A DNA stretch of 63,198 bases, counting the filler, from Octopus bimaculoides (Eukaryota), in NCBI RefSeq assembly GCF_001194135.2. It is 5 parts of 5 records of this genome, joined end to end, with 100 filler letters (N's around TTAATTAATTAA, not from the genome) between each part and the next. Parts side by side here need not be neighbours in the genome. Positions count along the whole stretch, not along the records: positions 21,742 to 39,573 come from NC_068982.1; positions 39,674 to 57,731 come from NC_068981.1; 3 more parts are not named here. The stretch is one strand, 5' to 3'. This document shows positions 38,737 to 49,856 of this stretch, piece after piece. The first letter of the stretch is position 1, and the number at the start of each line of letters is the position of its first letter. Below the pieces are notes generated by a model. It saw only the letters and a program-made list of their open reading frames with translations. It made no database searches and was not told the DNA's origin. Position numbers and translations under genes: made by a program.

Positions 38737-39238
38737 ATTGCAGTGTATCTCTTATATTTACAGATGAACCAAAGATGATATTAATCTGCTTGGAAATGGT
38801 ATCACATTCTTGAAAGAATTGTTGGTAATCTTTAAGTAGTAACATTTTCTGAAGATAAAACAAAGATAGTAACAGTTTGTAGGTATCTAAACAATCTGTC
38901 TGGTGAGAAATTATGTCAAAGAGAGACCCCATTGTTGTTTGGCATTTCATTTGTGAAAGGCGGCTAATGAGTATCTGTGAGGTCAAACTGAATTCTTCTT
39001 TGATACGCTCAACAGAAGATTCTTTAATGTCTTCTGGTTTTATGCATGGCAGATTTGGTAATGGTTGACTGTAGCAGCTTGTATTTCTCAGTGGAGTCTC
39101 ATCAGGAAGTAATTGGCAATTAGATGTGAATGAGTCATTGATGACACAATCTAGATAAGAGGCCACAGTTTGTACAAAGTTCATTTCATCGCGATATGTG
39201 TTCATTTCTCCACGGTCAAAAAGCCTATCTTCTGTATC
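38737..39238 (-). CDS. THADA: Internal coding exon (502 nt, phase 0 to phase 1) of a host gene, THADA/Trm732-like C-terminal region
   Basis: Polypyrimidine acceptor 'tttcttctattatgttttctcacag|GAT' and consensus donor 'CAAT|gtaagt'. Stop-free, non-repetitive 167 codons. DTEDRLFDRGEMNTYRDEMNFVQTVASYL aligns without gaps to my recollection of human THADA EEDYLFEKAEVNFWAETLIFVKYLCKHL. The exon call is firmer (about 0.8) than the gene name. Confidence 0.6.
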
Positions 39239-39349
39239 CTGTGAGAAAACATAATAGAAGAAACATTAAGAGTTTTAATGTACATTTAAGACAATTAATT
39301 ATTCATGCATACAAATATACATACACACAAGCAGATATGCATATGTGTG

Positions 39350-39395
<46 letters not shown>

Positions 39396-39673
39396 CACAC
39401 ATACCCATGCCAGCATGGAAAACAGACACATTAAATGATGATACAAAACATAACAAGCAAAACATGATCTCCTTATTCATATATATTTTTACATTGTCGT
39501 GCCCATGTGTGTATGGAAAGTGAACATAAAATGATTATAACATACCTACCCACACACAAACACTTTTGCTTGTNNNNNNNNNNNNNNNNNNNNNNNNNNN
39601 NNNNNNNNNNNNNNNNNTTAATTAATTAANNNNNNNNNNNNNNNNNNNNNNNNNNNNNNNNNNNNNNNNNNNN

Positions 39674-41611
39674 GGTAAATTAATCAAAATCTATCACCTC
39701 CTACATTTCGATTATCTCCCTTATACCGGAAAAAATCCCTGATTACCTAAAATAGAGTTCTAGATACTTTATTGCAGCAACAATTATAATAGCAGAAACA
39801 ACCACAATAAGCCAAACCTATGCACATTTCAATAGAGTATCCAGGATAAATAAACCACATCATAAAATGTCTCATAAAATATTATAACATATTACAACAT
39901 ATTACAAATTACAAATTATAAATTGCTGGATACTCCATTTCTTCAGGGTCGCATTATTGCCATCACCAATACTACTATTATTAGCAAAACACATACATCA
40001 AAGAGGGTGAAAGAATAATCGACGGTACGCAACCTACCATCGTTGTTTTCTTTCAGACATTTTATGATGTGGTTTATTTATCCTGGATACTCTATTGAAA
40101 TGTGCATAGGTTTGGCTTATTGTGGTTGTATCTGCTATTATAATTGTTGCTGCAATAAAGTATATTCAATGCATCGATTTTGAGCTCTATCTTTTAAGAG
40201 ACACATATATATAAATATATATATATATACAAAAACTCACCTGTGAGCTTTTTGCTAAGACTGTNNNNNNNNNNATATGGTTAAAGTATATATTTAAATC
40301 GTTATGTTAGAAAAATGTTATAAAGTTTTGAGTATAGAAACATTGTTTTGGGAGAAATAATCTGTTTCGCATTTTCTTTTCAAATTTCTCTACCTGTATC
40401 GTAACATTTCTTTGCTACGGTGTAAAATATGGAGTTCTAGATAAGGGGAAGTAATCGGATTTTTTCCTGTATAAGGGAGATAATCAAAAATGTTGGGGAT
40501 GATAGATTTTGATTAATTTAACATGATTTGGTTTAGAAGGAATAGAATGTTACAAGTGGTTAGGTTTTGCTTTATATATTTTTTTCAATGAGGTGAGTTT
40601 CCTTATTTAAAAGTGTTAGCAAAGGTTGAGTTTTGGCTAATGTTTTTCAATGAAGAAGGTTTCCTTATTTAATCTCATTTGTGTTGGTATTTCAATGGTA
40701 CATTGATAGAATGGAAAGATTATAAATTGTGGTAGCATTTGTTTTGCGCATTTCTCAATATGTTCACTAAAGGGTATCATTCTGTATTCTGGGAATGCAA
40801 TCTGCTGTCTATTCAGAGTGCATCTGCGTCTGAGCGATAATCCCGTGGACCCTATGTAGTTTTGGTGGCAGCCCGAGCATCTTATGACATAAATCAGGTT
40901 TTCTGAAGCGCAAGTAAAATCAGATTTGATTTTGAATTTTTGTCCCTCTTTGAAAAGGAATTCTGATCCTTCTAGAAGGTTTGGGCATGCTGCGCAATTC
41001 GGTCGACCACATTTTTTCACTTTTGCATCTGTTATTTTGGAAAATAATTTTGCCTTTGTGAGGATCTTAGAAACAAAGAAGCCTTCACCATCATCACCCA
41101 AAATTTACCAATGCTACATAAGGACCCCAAANNNNNNNNNNAGCATTTGTTTTGCGCATTTCTCAATATGTTCACTAAAGGGTATCATTCTGTATTCTGG
41201 GAATGCAATCTGCTGTCTATTCAGAGTGCATCTGCGTCTGAGCGATAATCCCGTGGACCCTATGTAGTTTTGGTGGCAGCCCGAGCATCTTATGACATAA
41301 ATCAGGTTTTCTGAAGCGCAAGTAAAATCAGATTTGATTTTGAATTTTTGTCCCTCTTTGAAAAGGAATTCTGATCCTTCTAGAAGGTTTGGGCATGCTG
41401 CGCAATTCGGTCGACCACATTTTTTCACTTTTGCATCTGTTATTTTGGAAAATAATTTTGCCTTTGTGAGGATCTTAGAAACAAAGAAGCCTTCACCATC
41501 ATCACCCAAAATTTACCAATGCTACATAAGGACCCCAAATTAAAGGAAATTTTACACACACATAAAATCATTAAAAGCTATAAACAACTGAAATCACTAA
41601 AAAAGATTCTT
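39674..41611 (-). mobile_element. Penelope-like element remnant: GIY-YIG endonuclease end, inverted 5' piece, inverted 3' repeats
   Basis: ORF 40637-41101: KCGRPNCAACP...CASENLIYVIRCSGCHQNYIGSTGLSLRRRCTLNRQQI...FSEHIEKC...RLNKETFFIEKH (CxxC-linked GIY-YIG of Penelope type). Positions 40734-41131 are repeated exactly at 41142-41539 across a 10-N gap. Confidence 0.85.
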
Positions 41612-43316
41612 TTCTGCAACGGAATTCACATAATACTGAACTGGAATTCATACATAGTTTCTGGTGCTATCCTGTACTATAGTGCTTTCTTAGAGTAAGC
41701 GCCATTATCCTTAGAAATCATGAACGTGATCAAATGATGCACGATATTCAATTCACTAAAGCGACTAGAAAAGTCCTGAAAGGCATAAATATAACATTGT
41801 TTCATGATCACAATTTTACCATTTATAAAGCGTTGTGTCTAATTAATAGGAAATCAACACGATAATTTAAGCAGCGTTGCTTCAAGAGACATAGAATACC
41901 GAACAGTATATCTTACTGTCTTCTTTCTCAACGACCTCAGTTAAAAACGACACGAATCGCTCATTGGGGCTCCTTGGGGTTTTCGCATTGTACTTGTCTT
42001 AAGTTTTAATAGGTTGAGAGATAGGAGGGAAAAAATCATACTTAACACTCTTTGATGAATAGATGAGACAAAAAAAAAAGAAAGAATTAGTAAAAGAATT
42101 TAATAAGAATGATAATTTTAATGACATACCACGCTTGTGATATAAAATGACCGTGAACGACGGATTTAAATCGATTGAGAATTATGAAGTTTTAAAACAA
42201 ATCTACATTCTGGAGCCTGAAAATAACATAAATATTTGAAATGCTAATTAACAAAGGTAAGAAAACCAACAGCTAATTGCAGGTGTATGTATGCATGCAT
42301 GTGTGTATTTATGTATGTATGTAAGTATGTAATGTATGTATGTATGTATGTATGTATGTGTGTACGTACGTATGTATGTATGCATGTACCTCTCTATATA
42401 TACACACGCGCACACACACATATATATATACTTATGTACAGAAATATTCTGTGGAATAATTTCATAATCAATATAAATAGTTCTGTCACCCACATCAGAA
42501 TACTTTTCAAATGTCAGGTTCTGTTATAAGGGGAACGTTCACGCTGTTTTTGTTTGGCGATCCCAGTTTTCATTAGCATACGAGCAAGGACAGAATTTGT
42601 CAAATGTTTCCCTTAAATTTCAATCCCTATAGAGTTCAGTGACGACTATTTGTTCCCATTTGTAGAGAGCAACCGATGGCGAGACGTTATGTCCTAGGAG
42701 TGGTGGTATACTATCTCAGTTTCAAGTGATTTTTACTGAGACAAATAATCATTTTAGAAAATTACTATTACTATCCCACTTTTTTTAAAGCATAGCTTCC
42801 TTGAATGAGGTAAAAAGGAGTTAATATTCTACCATTAAAATAACAATATAATCAATAGTGAAAAGTGTGTAGCCCAAGTTTTGATGATTTGTCTCCTATT
42901 ACCAGCGTTACGCAGTTTTTAGAGCCAAGGCACTTAACTGAAGATAGGTACCACCAAGCATATTTTACTGGTTGGAAACAATGGAGGAACTTTCAATGGG
43001 ATTGAAGTCTCGTTGTTTTATTTCTAGCTCTGAATCGAGAAACAAACTTTTGAATATTGAGTTAAATTAAAAGTGAGTTCAAACAAATAACATGAAAACT
43101 TCTCGATACGTTCCGAATTCACGACCTTAAATTCATGTCGATGTAATCAGGATATATTGATAGTGAACCATGTGCATAGGATATATCAACTGAATACTCG
43201 AGGAAACAATATTCAAGGAAGGGGATTAGTCAATATCATTCCCTAATAATTGATTGAGCTTTTATTTTAGACTTGTTGATACTGTTATAAAATTCATCAA
43301 AACCACAGTATATTTA

Positions 43317-44527
43317 TCAGGTCATTAAGAATGAAATGTCAGATTTTCTTATGCATCAAGTTTGACAGTCGTTAACTAATGTTTTATACTGACAATTCTT
43401 TGTTTTACAACATTGAAGACTTACATCATCACTTCTCGAAATGCAATTCATGGGGTCTGATTAAATCGTGGCTCTCCTCTTGTAAATCAATTTTTGTGAA
43501 CCCATGGATAGATCAAAAATTCATATTGTTTATGAATATGAGTTCCGTCGTGGAACCAATGAATCCCAGATAGCTCGAAACATCAATGAGGTGTTTGGTG
43601 AAGATGTGACGAATGAGCACATTGTACATCGATGGTTTGAGAAGTTCCGGTTTAGTGACTTTACTCTTGAAAATCAACCCCTGAGACCAAGGTGGATAAT
43701 GATGAGCTCGAAATTGTACTGGAAGCGGATACATCTCAAACTACACGTGAGTTAGCAGCAAGTTTTGATGCTTCAATTCCAACTGTATTGGACCATCTGA
43801 AACAAATCGGCAAGGTAAAGAAGCTGGATAAGTGGGCACCACACGAACTGAACGAGCATCAAATGACACGTCATCTTGAAACTTACTGTTCTTTGCTGAC
43901 ACGGCATAAAAGCGAACCATTTTTGCAACGTGTGATGAAAAATGGATTCTTTTCAACAATAGCAAGTGTTCTGCACGGTGGTTGGATAGAGACGAAGTGC
44001 CAAAACACAATCCAAAAAATTATGTTCACCAAAAAAAGCTAGTGGTGTCTGGTGATCCAGTGCTGGTGTCCTCTACTACAGCTTCATGAAACCTGGTAAG
44101 TCAATTACAGCTGATGTATACATCAACCAATTGGATGAAAAGATGAGTGAACTTGCAATTAAACAATCGAGATTAGTCAATAGAGACAGGCCAATTCACT
44201 TGCAAGACAATGCTCAAACATGTTGCACAAAGAACGCTACTCAAGTTACAGGAACTGAACTTGGAAGTACTCTGTCATCCACCATATTCAACAGACCTTG
44301 CACCAACTGACTATCATGTTTTCCAGGCATTAGACAACATTTTGCAAGGAAAAAATTTCAAATCTGACGCCTTTCGTGATTTCATCACCTCTTACTCGCC
44401 ATAATTCTTCACTACCGGCATAAATAAGTTACCGATAAAGTGGAAAAATTATGTTGATAATTTAGGTGCATACTTTGATTAACTGCATTCCAGTTCAAAT
44501 TCAGACATTTCATCCTTAATGACCTGA
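43317..44527 (+). mobile_element. Full-length mariner (Mos1/mauritiana-like TIR) relic flanked by TA
   Basis: TA|TCAGGTCATTAAGAATGAAATGTC ... GACATTTCATCCTTAATGACCTGA|TA. Coding pieces IVYEYEFRRGTNESQIARNINEVFGED, VKKLDKWAPHEL, IHLQDNA, VLCHPPYSTDLAPTDYHVFQALDN. Multiple frameshifts. Confidence 0.92.
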
Positions 44528-46379
44528 TATTAACAGAACCTCAGTCATCATGTGTAATATAACGAGTTTTATAATCAATTAATTCCCTGGGTCACCGCTT
44601 AAAACTTTGTTTTCATATATTATATCCATGGCAAGTTATCCCCAGAGAGCATATTAAAGTGGATGAATATATCACCGTTGGTTTTAAAACTCGAGAGATT
44701 AAAGTAAAGGTATAAGCTACAATATTTTATCTGTTCTACCACTTCAGCGACCCTGTGAGTCAATAAATGATGTTTTTTTTAAATTGATAAAAGGATACCT
44801 ATTCTTAGAAGAGGTTATAATTGATAAAAAAAAAAAAACAAGAAACATTTATACATATTTACTACTATTGTAATAATTCAGAATGACCAATTCTCGGCGA
44901 CATGTAGATTTAAACTGCTGAAGGATGGAATTAAATATTCTTTGGCAAGTAGTCCGATATTCTACTACTTCTGTCATACTAATACTTCTTTTACTAATAA
45001 TGTCAATGATAATGTTTTCTATTATAGTAATGGGCTTTAATTTATTTTATTGACCTTCAAATCAGGAAATGCAAAACCGATCTTAGCTGGATTTAAATAC
45101 AGAACACAAAGTGACTAAACAATAAAGTGCAAAATATTTTCTTCAACAATTCACTAATACTCAGAAACCACGCTACCCTTTCGCTAAATATCACAAGAAA
45201 CTTTCCCTAACTTTCGACTGGTTTTACTATCAGTCACTTTCTAACACAACACACTTTATCTAACGTTCCACTGAATGTCATACCAACTATTGCAGCACAA
45301 GATACTCCGTGTAACTTTCCATAAATAAGATGATATTTTATTTTCGAACGCAGAGACATATCAAGAGATATGGATTCGACTCTGACAGCTGATTGTTGAC
45401 AAAATTTTCCTCTTTGTAAAGGTAATTTACCCAATGTTTCTGTTGTTTTAAGGGCGTCTTTGCGTTCGAAAATAAATTATGTTATTTGTATTTATATACT
45501 CATTTCGTCGCTTATGAAAAAAATGTTAGTTTGTTTATATTTATACAAGTAACTACTTTACAGTTTTATAACAGTAAGAGATATACAAAAATATTTTTAT
45601 TTCTCTTTTTGTGAGTTAATATTGATTATGGGAGGCACCGTCTAATTAGTAATCGGGTAGTCCTTATTTTGTTCACTCTCAAAAAGTACAGCAAAAAATA
45701 ACTACGCTGGGAGTTGTGGAATATAAGGCATTAAGTCAAATAAACAAGATAATAAGGCAAATAAACTCTAAGAAAATTTATTAGTATTTGACTTTTTTTA
45801 CTTATAGCATTCTATTATTGCTAAAAACAAAGAAATATAATACATGCGTCACTTAATTTAGATGGATGTTTCAAAATAAATACAATGTTCAGACAATTAC
45901 TAATAAACGGAAGTCGTCGAAAATTATTAGGACCAATATTTTCATCGGTATCATCAAAGAAGGAATCGTCTTGTGCATCATCATATTACAAAACAGAACA
46001 ATTATTGTCAGGATTGCATTCACAAATCATGACATCTACTTGAATTTGATAGTTCGGATAAAAACAAATACACAGAGTGTATGTCTTCTGATTTTACAAC
46101 GGGTAGCATCTTTCAAAAACATTTGAAGATAACCATGTAGGAAACAGAATTTCATATACATTATTTCAGCCAGAGCTGCCGACGACCCTATTACTAGGAG
46201 CTATAGCTAGAAAGAAAATATTACATCTCACTCAAGTGTGTTGGTGAATAGAGCTAGCATTTTGCTGTGTACTATAAGATAAAACGAACATTTCAATGAT
46301 GTATGACAATCCTGCAAATAAAATCTCATCTCAAAACTTTGTTGTTATTGTTTTAAGTGTGCAGAGCAAATCCTCTGAT

Positions 46380-47130
46380 CGTCGTCTGCAGATAATTGTG
46401 GTTTCGCCTGTACAATTCAATGCTATGCATAAAGCTGTTAACAGCATTTTTTTTTGTGTTTATTCAATTAAACCTCGTCTTTGTCTTTTCCAATTCACGC
46501 TGTTCATCATGTCATCTCAAGAACAAACGCAATGTCTTCTGCGAGTTGATCATCATGATTTATATGCAAAACTTCATCGATAGTGTCGTAAAATTGGAAA
46601 AAGCGTTTCAAATCCAATCCTTTTAACAGCCATCTAACTTCAATGTGGGGAAGCAGCGTTTTAAAATATTATTTTCTTTACATAATTGATATAAGCAACT
46701 TGGAGTTTCAAGCTCAAGTTTTGATTTTGTTAACAATAAATAAAGCTAAAGCCAAGAGTGAAGAGAGCTGTTCACCAAGTATTTTTAAACATCAGTGTTG
46801 AAGAGGAATTATACAGCAAATTGCAAATAGATCATGCACGTTCTCTTTCATATGACACTAGACCACCTCGGTGAATTATTATAGGTGGTACACCATCAGT
46901 TGTTCACGATACCATATTGCCGAAGCGAATATTCCATCTTCGAGGTAACGTTTTAAAATTTTAAAAATTGTTTCTCCCTTTGTATCCATTTTCAATGGTT
47001 TACAGGAAACTATTTCTTCAGAGATTTTCTTTGCTTTAATAAAACCGCACGTAAACCGCCAATAAAGCGTTGTTGTCTCATACTGTTTGTTCGTAAATTC
47101 TATATTTCTAAGTTCCATGTACAACTGATT
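46380..47130 (-). mobile_element. hAT (Buster/Charlie/SPIN-like) transposase relic
   Basis: ISEEIVSCKPLKMDTKGETIFKILKRYL (cf. EELLFCKPL...TKGEDIF) and LKRFFQFYDTIDEVL...LAEDIAFVLEMT (cf. LKRFFELR...DLAFLVDIT). Confidence 0.6.
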
Positions 47131-48300
47131 TTCAGTCTACTCACTCATTTCGTTAATCCGGTGAGAAGGATCTAATTTTAAAATTATTGTACGTATTTTA
47201 AAGACCATGATGAAAATAATTATTAGCAACAGAAGCAATATTAGTACCAAAAGGTAATATTCATCCTTACTTAAAAGCGATTGTGTTTGAACACAGAATA
47301 TTGCATCAGTTACTATGAAAGAAGCTCTCCTATTGGCTTTCGGTATATATAAGCCCTCTTGTTTACATCACTAGCGGGGAGATAAATTGTCCGCCATCAA
47401 TACCACCGAGACTATCAGATCACCGCTAACGTTACAAGCAAGAGTGCTCATATGCACCAGAAGCCAATATGAACTTCTACCATCGACAATGTCAAGGAAG
47501 GCCGAAAGCAAGTGATCTGATAGTCTCAGAGGTAGCGATGGTAGGTGACTTATCTGCCTGCTTGTGATGCAAGCAAAAATGTTTTATAGGCACCTTAGTC
47601 CAATATGAGAAGTTCTCTCATAATAACTATGGCAGTATTCTGTGTTCCAACACAACATCCACTTTCAAGATAGATAGATAATGGGATAGATATTACCATT
47701 ATAAAAATTTCTGAAATTGAAGATATCTAGAGTTTCTTCAATTGTGTGATATTATGTATAAAGCAATGAATCAACTGTCAAGTTTTGTATTAGATGTTTT
47801 TTACTCATAGCTACAGTTGGACGCCTTTGAAAAGTCTGAGTTATCTTTCGTAACTCTTATATATCATACGGGAGCTTTCTAGAAAAAGCGCTCTTTCAGA
47901 CACGGTCATACGTTTAATTTATTTGACAAAATATTTTCATAAAAGGTCATATAGGTCCCCGATGATCTGAAGTTAGAGAGAGTAACCTATATTGCACGTG
48001 ATCTTGTAATAATTCTGGTTGTCATTACGTTACTTAGCCCGTCGGTAATGCTTTCACGTGATTAGAGAAAAAGATGGAGAAAGAAAAGACGAAGAGAGAA
48101 AAAGAGAATAAGGTGAAGAGTGAGGCAGAAAGAGAGAGAAAGAAAAAGAAGGAGAGAGAAAAGCTGGAGAGAGAAGCGTCCATGACATGTGATGGGGGAA
48201 CGTAATATTTATTAGGAGGTTAAAAAAGTTAGTTAAACATAGAAGAGAGTTAGGAAAATAATTTTAGCAGAGGAGCAATGTCCTGATGGTGAGATTAAAG

Positions 48301-48435
<135 letters not shown>

Positions 48436-48569
48436 AGAAAGAGAAAGAGACAGAGACATGATGGTGATGGTGATGGTGGAGGTGGAGGTGGAGGTGGCGA
48501 TAGTGACTGCGTAGTGAAAAGTAATATTTTTTTAATTGAACTAATTATTTTTTTTCATATCACCTATCA

Positions 48570-48820
48570 CTTAACGGATGCGCATCCCAAACCTGCCATT
48601 CACTCTAGAAAGAAACCAGTTTCCCGTTTACCTATCATATGCAGTGACTTTCAATATATCACAAAGGCAAACATTTGATAAAATGGGGCTGTTTTACTTG
48701 AACATGTATTCGGAACTTTCAAGGACTCGCAAATTATCTGATGTGAGAGTTAAAATTGTCAAACACTAACAAACAAGGGGAAAGAAGAGGGAGAAGTTAC
48801 ACGAAGAACAAATATATAAA
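48570..48820 (+). mobile_element. Helitron helicase C-terminal fragment
   Basis: IPNLPFTLERNQFPVYLSYAVTFNISQRQTFDKMGL...ELSRTRKLSDVRVKI matches LPF.L.R.QFPVRLA.AMTINKSQGQT.DKVG...LSR. Confidence 0.8.
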
Positions 48821-48862
48821 ATAATTATTTTAGTAAAAATAACTATTTACATTACTTACATT

Positions 48863-48943
48863 GGACTGACATGTGTCCTCATCTTGTTTTGTTGTTACCA
48901 CAACGTTTCGGCTGATTTATTCTCCAGCCTTCATCAGGTGTCC
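48863..48943 (-). ncRNA. Putative type I hammerhead-like ribozyme (Penelope-associated)
   Basis: Minus strand reads GGACAC-CUGAUGA-A-GGCUG(GAGAAUAAAU)CAGCC-GAAA-CGU...AUGUC-AGUCC. The core boxes and a 5-bp stem II are clear. Stems I and III are imperfect. Confidence 0.45.
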
Positions 48944-49680
48944 TGGTAGAATTTTGAACCCAACCCTGAGTGAAGTCTGGAGAGTGAATCAGCCGAAACG
49001 TTGTGGTAACAACAAACAAGATGAAGACATAGTTGTAGGATGTTAAATGTTCAAGTGAACTAAAAGTGACTCGTTGTGGATTATAATAGTGATTGGGACT
49101 GTTTTTAATGGATTCAGCAAAATTCCGAATAACAAAAAAATAGCATTCAGCCAACACATCGACATTTGCACCAATAACAAAAATCCAAGCTTCAGAATTT
49201 TCTCCTCTATCAATTCAGGGACGATACAACCTGTAGCCAACGAATTAGTAAAGATTCGTTCTTTATCACAAAATACAGACCCTTTTGAACGCATCTACAA
49301 CAAATGACATATCTACCACGGCATTAGAATAAACTCACGCAAATATTAAAACTGATACATTCAAAAGAGATACCCAAGAATTCTATAATCCACAACGAGT
49401 CACTTTTAGGTCACTTGACCATTTAACATCTTACTACTATCATTCTTTTATTATTCTGTTATTATTCTTTCTCTTCTTCTCCTTCTCCTTCTTCTTCGCC
49501 TTCTTCTTCCTCTCCACCACGTCCTTCCTTACTGAACTACTACTGCTGCTAAGAATAACACCCACGCAAATATTAAAAACAATACACTGAAAAGAGATAC
49601 CTCAAAAATTCAATCACTACTACCATCCACAACAAGTCACTTTCAGGGCACTTGATCACTTAGTATCCTACTACTATCAT
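48871..49680 (+). mobile_element. Second Penelope-like remnant: palindromic end, GIY-YIG C-terminus, inverted and direct terminal repeats
   Basis: 49130-49290 encodes IAFSQHIDICTNNKNPSFRIF / YQFRDDTTCSQRISKDSFFITKYRP, similar to the C-terminus of ORF 40637-41101. 49029-49085 is inverted at 49383-49439, and 49322-49441 is repeated directly at about 49551-49680. Confidence 0.7.
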
Positions 49681-49810
49681 ACCACTCACGCATTCTTCTT
49701 AGCCCAGCCAATTCCATTGTCAATGATCTAGTTCAGCTTTAGGACAGCTACCAATTCGAATTACAGACGAAAAGCATTTTCTTTACCTTCATAATTTTTA
49801 GAGAGTTAGA

Positions 49811-49856
<46 letters not shown>

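Noticed and set aside
39925-39950. Minus-strand CUGAAGA-A-AUGGA-GUA-UCCA-GCAA in the Penelope spacer
   Set aside because: The GAAA box is missing and stems I and III cannot be formed, so it is too degenerate to call a hammerhead.
40734-41539. Apparent tandem duplication of the GIY-YIG ORF
   Set aside because: The two 398-bp copies are identical and separated only by 10 N, so this is most likely an unmerged contig overlap. Long reads would be needed to rescue it as real.
45240-46130. Possible further transposase fragments (e.g. minus-strand RRLPFISNCLNIVFILK, acidic DDSFFDDTDE)
   Set aside because: Similarity to hAT C..H motifs is too weak and is interrupted by stops, so it cannot be supported without a search.
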